A stretch of DNA of 64,000 bases, taken from the NCBI GenBank assembly GCA_004297985.1, contig SCRA01000044.1, forward strand, positions 14,262-78,261, given 5' to 3'. The notes under the pieces were generated by a model. It was not told the origin of the DNA. It worked only from the letters and a program-made list of their open reading frames with translations, and did not search any database. The position numbers and the translations under genes were made by a program. Of this stretch, positions 19,367 through 27,054 are shown piece by piece. Position 1 is the first letter of the stretch. Each line of letters starts with the position of its first letter. The stretch is from a bacterium. Lineage in GTDB: Bacteria; Vulcanimicrobiota; Vulcanimicrobiia; Vulcanimicrobiales; SCRA01.

Positions 19367-19581
19367 GCGTCACGCTCCACGGTCAACAGGTACCCATCTC
19401 CGTTAGGTTCACAGGTATAGCGCAGGCCGCGCGTCTCCAACTCCGGAAACAGAAAGCGCGGCTGACGCTCCATGATGGCCGTGAGCTTTCCGGGGCCCTG
19501 CATATTGTCCAGCGCCTCGAGAATGCGAATCATGGGCTCCGGCGGATGGAGCCCACGGTTGTCCAGATGGATGTCGCTCAT
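19363..19581 (-). CDS. DUF2249/TusA-like small protein (subtype B)
   Basis: 72 aa from the ATG at 19579-19581: MSDIHLDNRGLHPPEPMIRILEALDNM..., a TusA-like layout with His in place of the TusA Cys. Only the C-terminus of track ORF 19363..20700 is credible. ATGA overlaps at both ends. Confidence 0.68.
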   Translation of the reverse strand: MSDIHLDNRGLHPPEPMIRILEALDNMQGPGKLTAIMERQPRFLFPELETRGLRYTCEPNGDGYLLTVERDA

Positions 19582-20777
19582 GCCTTCAACCCCACGTATT
19601 GCCAGCCCAGTCGGGCGAGCACCGCCACCGCGCCGATGCCGCCTGCCGCGTAGACTACGGCCGCCATGCGCAACGCCTCCGGAGCGAACGCCGTCGAGAG
19701 CGCCGCACCCAGCGCACCGACTACCAGCAATGCCAGGCTCACATTCGATGCGCGCTCCGGCACGGCATTCCCTAGCGGCGGAAGTTTCGCGGTCGGATGC
19801 ATACGCCGAGCATACTCCCAGGCCAAGAAGCCTACCACCTTGTAGGAGTAGCCCAAGATCGAGAGCGAGAGCCAACCCAGGATCGCGAAGGCGACGGCGG
19901 CAGGCGCCTTGTCCGGATGCCAGGTGGCACCCAGAGTGCAGCCCGCTGCGAACAGTGCGAAGACCCAGGCTGCAGAGGCGTAGCGCAGGCTCACGTCGAT
20001 CTTCTTGCGCATGCGCTTTTTCAACGTGTGCAGGTGCACGACGACGGCGGCGATCACCGATACGATCGCTATGATCGACCCCGCACGCATGTACCAGATG
20101 CTGAGGAACACCAGTCCGCCTGCCACACCGGCGACGGCGATCGTCCACTGCGCGCTGCGCGTCCAACGTCCTTCGGTCGTATGCGCGAGCGAGAACATCG
20201 GCACGAAGCGATAGGAGACCGCGAAGACGAACGTGCTGGCGAAGGCGATGACCACGAGCGAGGCGTGCGTTGGCGCCAGGAGCAACGCGCCCACGGCGGC
20301 GCGTCCGTCCAAGGCTAGGGCCATCACTGCGCCGATGCCGGCCGCTGCGATGAAAGCCACGGTCGCCGCGATCACGGCGGCGCGCGTCTGTGCCTCGAGC
20401 GGGGCGGTACGGATGCGATTGATGGTCCAGATCCCCCACGCCGTCACGCCCACGAAGAGCAGCGGTCCCGCGATCGAGAAGAGGACATGGATACCGTGGA
20501 AGCCGCCCAGCAGGAGCACGAAGCCCAGCACCAACGGCGCCGAGAGGAGCATGACGGTGCGCGCCGGAGCCGCCTTGGCACCCGTGAGCACCGGAACGAG
20601 CTGGTTGGAGGCGCCCACGACCGCCATGACGATGAAAGCGGCGAACGCATGAAGCGTGAGCAGCGAGGCGCCGTTCACGATTAACGAGACACAGCCGCAA
20701 AGAAAAAACGCCAACGCAACGGCGAGGAGCGCCCCGCTCCCCGCCGGATCGCTGACGTTGTCACCCGACGAGATCAT
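19578..20777 (-). CDS. 12-TM integral membrane protein of unknown family (distant haem-copper-oxidase-like helix II string)
   Basis: 399 aa from the ATG at 20775-20777 (ATGA overlap with the upstream gene). About 12 hydrophobic helices. TM2 reads LHAFAAFIVMAVVGASNQLVPVLTGAKAAPAR. Confidence 0.7.
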   Translation of the reverse strand: MISSGDNVSDPAGSGALLAVALAFFLCGCVSLIVNGASLLTLHAFAAFIVMAVVGASNQLVPVLTGAKAAPARTVMLLSAPLVLGFVLLLGGFHGIHVLFSIAGPLLFVGVTAWGIWTINRIRTAPLEAQTRAAVIAATVAFIAAAGIGAVMALALDGRAAVGALLLAPTHASLVVIAFASTFVFAVSYRFVPMFSLAHTTEGRWTRSAQWTIAVAGVAGGLVFLSIWYMRAGSIIAIVSVIAAVVVHLHTLKKRMRKKIDVSLRYASAAWVFALFAAGCTLGATWHPDKAPAAVAFAILGWLSLSILGYSYKVVGFLAWEYARRMHPTAKLPPLGNAVPERASNVSLALLVVGALGAALSTAFAPEALRMAAVVYAAGGIGAVAVLARLGWQYVGLKA

Positions 20778-21001
20778 GACTTCGGCGCGAAGCGGATATG
20801 AAACTCTCCGTCTGTCACGCGCGTGCACTCGTGGCCAAAACCCTTACGATCCATCACGCGGTAGAGCGGGGTGGGTTCGAACGTATTGATGAGCAGGAAC
20901 GTCTGCCCCGGTTCGAGGGAATCGACCGCATCCATGATCGCCTGATACGGCTCCTCACCACGTTCGTGGTAGGGGCGTACATCGAGGACTCTCGGTTCCA
21001 C
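20774..21001 (-). CDS. DUF2249/TusA-like small protein (subtype B)
   Basis: 75 aa from the GTG at 20999-21001: VEPRVLDVRPYHERGEEPYQAIMDAVDSLEPGQTFLLINTFEPTPLY. Starts 5 nt after the previous stop. Confidence 0.62.
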   Translation of the reverse strand: MEPRVLDVRPYHERGEEPYQAIMDAVDSLEPGQTFLLINTFEPTPLYRVMDRKGFGHECTRVTDGEFHIRFAPKS

Positions 21002-21006
21002 GTCAG

Positions 21007-21255
21007 TTAGTCCGCAACGCGCTCGCCGAGTACAGCGGTCTTCTTGATGTCGACGAGCCAGATGTCGGGCCCCTTCTGCGCGTAATCCCACGAGAACGTG
21101 TTGGGGTAGTCGTGGTCGAGTTCGAAGCGCAGCGGGCGCGGGTCGTGGTCGTTGATGATGCGCAACGTGTCGCCCAGCGCGAGCGCCTCGTATTTCTCGA
21201 AGATGGTGGTGTGCTTGCGGCCCGGCGGAAGCGGGCGAACATCGAGTTCGATCAT
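21007..21255 (-). CDS. DUF2249 domain protein (subtype A)
   Basis: 82 aa from the ATG at 21253-21255: MIELDVRPLPPGRKHTTIFEKYEALALGDTLRIINDHDPRPLRFEL. The rest of track ORF 21007..21741 is Arg-rich shadow. Confidence 0.75.
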   Translation of the reverse strand: MIELDVRPLPPGRKHTTIFEKYEALALGDTLRIINDHDPRPLRFELDHDYPNTFSWDYAQKGPDIWLVDIKKTAVLGERVAD

Positions 21256-21302
21256 GCGGCCATCGTACGTCCGCCGGGGCGAGGGGGACAGCGACCCGAG
21301 TC

Positions 21303-22532
21303 TCACGCCGAATGAACGGGCAGTCTCTTCAGATCGACCGATTCGTCGGAAAGCAGCGCGCGATCGATCGCCGGGCGCGTTCGCAGCAGCCGTTTGGCCG
21401 CCGAGAGGTCCTTGAAGCGATTGACGGCGAGGCAAGCCTGCAGTCGTCCGCCCATGAGATAGAACGCGCTGAACGAGCCGCTCTCGGGGCTTGCGCGCAG
21501 CACCAGATCGCTCCAGCGCGGCGCGTGGCCTACGTATTGTATCGAGCGATCGTACTGGTCGGACCAGAAGAACGGCACCGGCGCGTACGGCTCGGTCGCA
21601 CCGAGCATGCACCTCGCGGCCCAGACGCCGTGATTTTGCGCATGATCGAAGTGTTCGACGCGCAACCGTCCGCCCCACGCTGGGTGGGGCCAGTTCGCCA
21701 CGTCGCCCGCGGCGTAGAGATCGGCGACGCTGGTGCGGCACTGTTCGTCCACCACGATGCCGTCCTGCACGTCGAGCGTTGCGCCCTCCACAACCGGCAC
21801 GTTCGGCGTAACGCCCACGCCGATCACAACCAGGTCGCAGGGTACCTCCTCACCATTGGTGAGGAGCGCCGCCTCGACGCGCTCCGCCCCACGCAACGAA
21901 ACCACACCCACGCCCACGCGCACGTCGACGCCGTGATCGCGGTGCATGGAGACGATCCACTGGCCCAAACGCTCACCGATGGCCGCGGCAAGCGGCGTGG
22001 CGACATCGATCATCGTGACGCGGCAACCCAGCGCGCGCGCCGAGGCCGCGACTTCGCAGCCGATGAAGCCCGCTCCAACCATCAGCACCTTCGGCCGTGA
22101 GGCAAGCTCCTTGGCGAGCGCGTCGGCGTCGCGCAGCGTCCGAAGGTAGTGGAGGCCGGGCAACTCCGCTCCCGGCACCCGCAGCCGACACACCGTGGAG
22201 CCCGTGGCGATCAGCAACCGATCGTACGAGAGGGCGCTGCCGTCGGAGAGCAGGGCACGGTGCACCGGCGCGTCGATGCGCTCGACGCGCGTGCCCAGAC
22301 GCAGCTCGATCCGCTGCTCCGCGTAGTACGACTCCGGACGCAGGTAGAGCTCGTTGCCGCCCTTCTCGCCGCGCAGCCGCTCCTTGGAGAGCGGCGGGCG
22401 TTCGTAGGGGCGTTCCGCCTCTTCGCCCACCAGCACGACGCGCCCGGAATATCCTTGCTGGCGCAGCGCCTCCGCGGCGCGTCCGCCGGCGAGGCCCGCC
22501 CCGACGATGACCACCGTGGCCGGCTCACTCAT
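21303..22532 (-). CDS. FAD/NAD(P)H-dependent ferredoxin/rubredoxin-reductase-type oxidoreductase
   Basis: From the ATG at 22530-22532: VVIVGAGLAGGRAAEAL (FAD GxGxxG), VLMVGAGFIGCEVA (NAD GxGxxG), YAAGDVA and a C-terminal reductase_C-like domain. Confidence 0.85.
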   Translation of the reverse strand: MSEPATVVIVGAGLAGGRAAEALRQQGYSGRVVLVGEEAERPYERPPLSKERLRGEKGGNELYLRPESYYAEQRIELRLGTRVERIDAPVHRALLSDGSALSYDRLLIATGSTVCRLRVPGAELPGLHYLRTLRDADALAKELASRPKVLMVGAGFIGCEVAASARALGCRVTMIDVATPLAAAIGERLGQWIVSMHRDHGVDVRVGVGVVSLRGAERVEAALLTNGEEVPCDLVVIGVGVTPNVPVVEGATLDVQDGIVVDEQCRTSVADLYAAGDVANWPHPAWGGRLRVEHFDHAQNHGVWAARCMLGATEPYAPVPFFWSDQYDRSIQYVGHAPRWSDLVLRASPESGSFSAFYLMGGRLQACLAVNRFKDLSAAKRLLRTRPAIDRALLSDESVDLKRLPVHSA

Positions 22533-22558
22533 GGGCAGGATGCACGGATACGGGAACG

Positions 22559-22589
22559 CACACGAACATGTGGCGGCTACGTTCGTGTG
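22559..22589. promoter_or_regulatory. Inverted repeat upstream of the reductase/DUF2249 operon
   Basis: CACACGAAC (22559-22567), a 13-nt spacer, then GTTCGTGTG (22581-22589), 27-57 nt upstream of the start at 22532. Could be an operator or a 5'-UTR hairpin. Confidence 0.3.
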
Positions 22590-22774
22590 GGCGCTGCCGA
22601 ATCTCCTGGCACGCTCCCACGACGTCGCGGCACCAGCAGGTCTCGCGTCGCCCTTGCCATCTCGATGTCTTCGCGAGCGTGGATCACCAAGGTCCGCGTC
22701 CGCGAGGCCCAACCTACTGTCTCGGACCTTCAAGCCAGCCTTGGCAAGCGTGCTCGCTGAGTAGTGGCCGAGGC

Positions 22775-23239
22775 TCATCCACCGCTTCGCACCCCATCCT
22801 CGAGCACCAGACGCAGCCGCTGGAGCAGACGGCGAACGGTAATCTCGGCCACGGCGTTCCCGCCGACTCTGTCGATCATCAGCCCCAAGGGGCCCAGCGG
22901 CGGGGTATAATCACCCAAAATTGCCAACTGGGTCCGCGTAGCCGAGAGCGGAACCACTTCGATCCAGCCGCGGAACTCCGGGAAGGCGCGGCTATCGGTG
23001 ACGCGCCATACAATCGGCATCACGGTGGCATAGGTACGCTGTTCGGGCTCGCCGAGGTTCATCAGCACCTTACGCGTGAAGCGCCCCAGCCGCGGCAGGT
23101 GCAGGTCCTCGAAGGGGACATCGAGCTCGTACCACATTCCCGGCTCACCGGAGTCTTCGGGAGCAAGGGCACGCCGAAGTCGATCCACGATCTGATCGGG
23201 CGCGCAGGCCACCTCGCTTTCGTAGAATACATGCGCCAT
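22775..23239 (-). CDS. Uncharacterised paralog family member X1 (~155 aa, SRPBCC-like by inference)
   Basis: Shares with X2-X4 the pattern FPxFxGxhxVxP...L.hxGxYxPPxGxxGxxxDxxxGxxIAxxTxRxxL (here FPEFRGWIEVVPLS...LGDYTPPLGPLGLMIDRVGGNAVAEITVRRLL). Confidence 0.6.
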   Translation of the reverse strand: MAHVFYESEVACAPDQIVDRLRRALAPEDSGEPGMWYELDVPFEDLHLPRLGRFTRKVLMNLGEPEQRTYATVMPIVWRVTDSRAFPEFRGWIEVVPLSATRTQLAILGDYTPPLGPLGLMIDRVGGNAVAEITVRRLLQRLRLVLEDGVRSGG

Positions 23240-23333
23240 TGTTTGAGCATCCCTCGCCTGCGAGAAATGTAGGGGAAGGACCGGTGAAGGGTCTGTTCAC
23301 GACGTCTTCTGACCCTGGAGCGATGATCTTCCC

Positions 23334-23819
23334 ATGAGCGAGATACGCGAGCGCGTCTTCGTCGCCTGCCCGCTGGGCCGTGCGCACCACTACTTGGCCC
23401 AGGTGCTGCCCACCGATACCTCCGCGAGCCGCCCTCTCGTTTTGCGCGTCTCCCTTCCGGGGGTGCGCGGCGACGCCAAGTTAGAGCAAGAAGTAACGGT
23501 GAACTGCTCGCCGCTGACGGACCCCCGTCACGAGAGCGAGGTCTGGCATCTCTCCTGGGCGCCGCGCCAGCCTGCAATCTACCCCTACTTCGACGGACGC
23601 ATCTCGATCAAAGGCGGCGAGGACTATAGCAGTTGCCGGCTGGTGCTCGAGGGGTCCTACGAGCCGCCTCTCGGCCTCCCGGGCCGTGCCTTCGACGCGG
23701 CGCTCGGGCGAAGGATCGCTGGAATCACCGCGCGCGAGTTGCTGCGCAGCATCGCGGAGCGCATGGAGGCATCGTTCCGCGCCGACGAGGCGCGCAAACA
23801 GGGCGAGCCCAGCCACTGA
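23334..23819 (+). CDS. Uncharacterised paralog family member X2
   Basis: YPYFDGRISIKGGEDYSSCRLVLEGSYEPPLGLPGRAFDAALGRRIAGITARELL. Same motif order as X1, X3 and X4; divergent from X1. Confidence 0.6.
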   Translation: MSEIRERVFVACPLGRAHHYLAQVLPTDTSASRPLVLRVSLPGVRGDAKLEQEVTVNCSPLTDPRHESEVWHLSWAPRQPAIYPYFDGRISIKGGEDYSSCRLVLEGSYEPPLGLPGRAFDAALGRRIAGITARELLRSIAERMEASFRADEARKQGEPSH

Positions 23820-23894
23820 ACGTGAACGTTCTCCAGCGCTTCCCAACCTCATCGCACCTATCGCGTACCATCGTCTGCGGGAGGTACGCTGACG

Positions 23895-24197
23895 ATGGGC
23901 TACCCGATCGTGATCTCGTTCCGCCTCTTGGATCGATCCGCATCCCTCGAGCGTCTCGTCCGCGATCAAGCCGGCCGGCTCGGTAAGCACTGTGGGTCGC
24001 TGGCGGCCTGTTGCGTCACCCTGGAGGCAGCGGGGCGGCGTCGGGCGAGCAGCGGCCTCTTCCACGTCCGAGTGGACGCGAGCATCGCGGACTCGGCGGA
24101 ACAGATCGAGGCCCACGCCCTGGATCGCGACCCCTATCTGGCGACCTTCGCGGCCTTCCGGATGGCCACGCATCGCCTGCGGATGCGCGCCGTCTGA
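23895..24197 (+). CDS. Small HPF/RaiA-like protein
   Basis: 100 aa. IVISFRLLDRSASLERLVRDQAGRLGKH...LFHVRVDASI resembles the N-terminal domain of the 12817-13422 protein. Confidence 0.5.
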   Translation: MGYPIVISFRLLDRSASLERLVRDQAGRLGKHCGSLAACCVTLEAAGRRRASSGLFHVRVDASIADSAEQIEAHALDRDPYLATFAAFRMATHRLRMRAV

Positions 24198-24204
24198 CGG
24201 CCTC

Positions 24205-25038
24205 TCAGAGCGTCGCCGCGGGGAGCTTGATGACGAAGGTCGTGCCGGACCCCTCGATCGACTCCACGCGCGCGTTACCGCCGATGCGCTTGAGCAGTTG
24301 ATCGACCACGGCTAACCCCAGGCCCGACCCCGGTGCTCGCCGCGTCGCCGCCTTTCCGCGGAAGCCCGCTTCGAAGACGTGCGGCAACTCCTCCGAACCG
24401 ATGCCCGGGCCCGAGTCGGAGATGACCACCGTCAACTCGCCGTCGGGGCGATCGCAGCGCATCTCCACCTTGCCCCCCGGCGGCGTGTAGCGTACGGCAT
24501 TGATCATCACGTTCCGAAGGATCTGCCCCACCCGAGTGGGATCGCCGCGGTACATCGTGCACGCGTCGTAGTGCATGCCGCAGGCGGTATAGGTAAGCTG
24601 GACGTCTTTCGAGGCCGCTAGCCCGTGCACCGAGGCCGCCTCGGCGGCGATCAGCGCACAGACGTTGAACGTGTCGATGCGTATGGGGAGCATTTCGGCC
24701 GACTCGCGCGGAGTGTGAGCCAAGTCGTGGGCCAACGCGCCGGCCGCTTCGATGGCCTCCTGGATGCCGCGCAGGCGCTCATCGCTTCGGTCGAGCACAC
24801 CGTCGAGCATGCCCTCCACATTGGCCTGCGCAATTGCCAGCGGATTGCCGATTTCGTGACGCAGTGTGGCGAGATGGCGCACGCGGGCCGCCTCCGTCCG
24901 TTGGAGCTGGTCGACCAACTGGAGCAGCCGCTGCACGACTTCCGCCTGCGTAGGATCCTCCAAACTCCGGAGCTCGCTCTCGGCATCGGCCCAGCGCCCC
25001 AGCATCGCACTGTCGATAGCGTGGAGGAGGCGTTCCAT
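24205..25038 (-). CDS. Soluble sensor histidine kinase (short helical N-terminus + HisKA + intact HATPase_c)
   Basis: H-box LRHEIGNPLAIAQ, N-box LRNVMINAVRYT, G1 DSGPGI, G2 GSGLGLAVV. No TM segment and no sensory domain. Confidence 0.85.
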   Translation of the reverse strand: MERLLHAIDSAMLGRWADAESELRSLEDPTQAEVVQRLLQLVDQLQRTEAARVRHLATLRHEIGNPLAIAQANVEGMLDGVLDRSDERLRGIQEAIEAAGALAHDLAHTPRESAEMLPIRIDTFNVCALIAAEAASVHGLAASKDVQLTYTACGMHYDACTMYRGDPTRVGQILRNVMINAVRYTPPGGKVEMRCDRPDGELTVVISDSGPGIGSEELPHVFEAGFRGKAATRRAPGSGLGLAVVDQLLKRIGGNARVESIEGSGTTFVIKLPAATL

Positions 25039-25042
25039 CGAT

Positions 25043-25735
25043 CTACTCTTTCCGCATCTTGTAGCCGACCCCGAAGACGGTGACCACGTAACTCGGGTTC
25101 TCTGGGTCGGGTTCGATCTTCTTCCTCAGGTTGTTGATGTGGCGATCGAGCGTTCGCTCGTAGATCGAGCCGTCATCGTGGAGTGCGTCGAGCAGCTGCG
25201 AGCGCGTCAGCACCTGCCCGGCGTTGGTGGCCAGAGCCACGACGATACGGAACTCTGAAGGCGTCAGGATAATGGTGCGATCGCCGATGCGCACTTCGTG
25301 CGCCTGCGCGTCGATGGTCAGATCGCGCACGCGCAGTGTCTTGATCGCGCGCTCCTCGCCGTGCTCGCCCGAGGAACGGCGCAGGACAGCGCGGACGCGC
25401 GCGACGACTTCGCGCGGCGAGAACGGCTTGGTGATGTAGTCGTCGGCACCCAACTCCAGGCCGACCACACGGTCGATCTCCTCGGAGCGCGCGGTGAGCA
25501 TGATCGTCGGAAGAGGCTCTTGCGCCGTCAGCGTGCGAAAGACGTCGAGCCCGCTGCCGTCGGGCAGGTTCAAGTCGAGGATGAGGAGATCGGGGCGCTG
25601 GCTCTCCGCCGTCGCCACGGCCTCCGCGGCCGTCGATGCCACCGTCGTGGCGTACCCCTCGCGCTCGAGATACTTGCTGAGAACCTCGCCGATCTGCGCT
25701 TCGTCGTCGACGAGAAGGATGCGTTGACCCGACAC
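25043..25735 (-). CDS. OmpR-family response regulator (module 1)
   Basis: GTG at 25733-25735 gives 230 aa: RILLVDDE...LLILDLNLPDGSG receiver plus a winged-helix end VFGVGYKMRKE. The upstream part of the track ORF overlaps the USP gene. Confidence 0.9.
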   Translation of the reverse strand: MSGQRILLVDDEAQIGEVLSKYLEREGYATTVASTAAEAVATAESQRPDLLILDLNLPDGSGLDVFRTLTAQEPLPTIMLTARSEEIDRVVGLELGADDYITKPFSPREVVARVRAVLRRSSGEHGEERAIKTLRVRDLTIDAQAHEVRIGDRTIILTPSEFRIVVALATNAGQVLTRSQLLDALHDDGSIYERTLDRHINNLRKKIEPDPENPSYVVTVFGVGYKMRKE

Positions 25736-25796
25736 GCCCCTTGCATTCGGCGCGGAATCACTCGCTTCCCCGCTGGTGTCGTTTCGCTGGTTGGCG

Positions 25797-26256
25797 CTAC
25801 GACGCGCGCGCGGCTGCGGCCGCAGTAGGGGCCACCAGCACGGGCACCGGCGCACGCCGCAGCACGCCCTCGGTCTTGCTGCCCAGGACGATCCGCGCGA
25901 TGCCGCCACGCCCATGGCTGCCCATGACGATGGCATCGGCCTCTTCGCGGCGCGCAAGGTCCAGGATGCTCTGTACGACCTCCCCCTTCGACAAGCTCGG
26001 TTCGCGAATCCAAGCCGGCGGCGCGGGCGCGCTCGGCGGCCGAGGCGAGGTACTGCTCGCCAAGCTCGCGTTGCGACTCTACGATGATCGTCGGATCCAT
26101 CGTCGTGGAGCCGCCGATGGCGATCAGCGGCACGATGTCGACGATGTGACAGAAGACGACGGTACCCCCCTGCGCGCGCGCGACATCCACGGCTAATCCC
26201 ACCGCGGCGCCGGAGGGCTCCGAGCCGTCGACCGGCACCAACAATTTCTTGAACAT
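25797..26256 (-). pseudogene. Universal stress protein gene interrupted by a +1 frameshift in a C5/G5 run
   Basis: The N-terminal USP half (MFKKLLVPVDGSEPS...TELVEG) is in one frame. The C-terminal half (EVVQSILDLARREEADAIVMGSHGRGGIARIVLGSKTEGVLRRAPVPVLV) is in another. The frames join if one C is removed from CCCCC at 25982-25986. Confidence 0.7.
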
Positions 26257-26283
26257 CGGCCTACCTCACCGTGTTCGGCAGCG

Positions 26284-27054
26284 TCAGATGGACGCGACGG
26301 GGAGCGGGATATGCAGCCGCAGCGACGAGCTCTCTACGGAGGCCACCCGCGCACGATCGTGGAGATGGCGCAGCAAGCGTGCCACGGCCGCTAGACTCAT
26401 CCGCCGCGTCGGGTGACCGGGGGAGCCTTCGTTGCGAACGGTGACAACGAGCATCCCGTCCGGCGGTTCGTGGCGCAGCTCGACCGTGCTTCCGGGCGGC
26501 GTCGAGCGCACGACGCCGGTAAGCACGTCGCGAAGCAGGCGGCGCGTGCGGGCCGGGTTGCCCCGATAGGCGGCGCAGACACCTGGCCCCATGCCGTCTC
26601 GCAGGAGGTGGATGTCCTTCGGGGCGGCGATGAGGGCGGCTGCCGCGAGCTCCTCGTCGATCATCGAGCAGAGCGTGAATGTCTCCAAGACGATGGTCGT
26701 GGGCGTTGCCGCGTCGCGATGTTCGCGTCCCGTCTCGGCTAAGATCGCACCCGCCACGCGCACAGCGTCATGCACCTTCTCCAGACTGACGTCGTCGCGC
26801 TCTACCACGCCGTCCAGCATCCCCTCGATCGTAGCCTGGGCGACCGCCAGCGTGTTACCGATCTCATGGCCGAGCCGCACGTGCTGTTCGCAGCGCGCCA
26901 GTTCCTCCTGCTCGAGCTGGCCGACCAGTTCCAGCAGGCGGGCCGCCAATGCCGCGGCTCGGGTATCGTCGACCGCCTTGAGCTGCACGACCGCCTCGCC
27001 CCAGGAGCCGAGCATGGTCTCGTCGATCGCATGAAGGATCTTCTCCACGCTCAC
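26284..27054 (-). CDS. Histidine-kinase paralog with degenerate ATP-binding domain (pseudokinase-like)
   Basis: H-box LGHEIGNTLAVAQ is retained. The N-box is LRDVLTGVVRST, G1 is NEGSPG and G2 is absent (RRMSLAAVA). GTG start overlaps the RR2 stop (GTGA). Confidence 0.72.
   Translation of the reverse strand: MSVEKILHAIDETMLGSWGEAVVQLKAVDDTRAAALAARLLELVGQLEQEELARCEQHVRLGHEIGNTLAVAQATIEGMLDGVVERDDVSLEKVHDAVRVAGAILAETGREHRDAATPTTIVLETFTLCSMIDEELAAAALIAAPKDIHLLRDGMGPGVCAAYRGNPARTRRLLRDVLTGVVRSTPPGSTVELRHEPPDGMLVVTVRNEGSPGHPTRRMSLAAVARLLRHLHDRARVASVESSSLRLHIPLPVASI

Noticed and set aside
19363-20700. 445-aa ORF in the track
   Set aside because: Only the last 72 aa (from MSDIHLDNRG) look protein-like. 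The rest is an Arg/Gly-rich alternative frame of the 12-TM gene.
19578-20777. Calling the 12-TM protein NnrS
   Set aside because: Context near NO-related genes and the 12-TM, ~400-aa size made NnrS tempting. However, the strings I associate with NnrS (WHxHEMLFG, FLLTAxPNWTG, GHTGR) are absent.
20866-20885. GGGTTCGAAC string resembling a tRNA T-arm
   Set aside because: It lies inside the DUF2249-like CDS, with no acceptor or anticodon stem pairing around it. No tRNA could be supported anywhere in the window.
21007-21741. 244-aa ORF in the track
   Set aside because: Only the last 82 aa (MIELDVRPL...) match DUF2249. The upstream part overlaps the 3' end of the reductase gene in another frame.
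25570-26256. 228-aa 'USP' ORF read as a single CDS
   Set aside because: After ...TELVEG the translation turns Arg/Pro/Gly-rich and runs through the RR1 gene. The true USP C-terminus is in another frame, which is the frameshift reported above.
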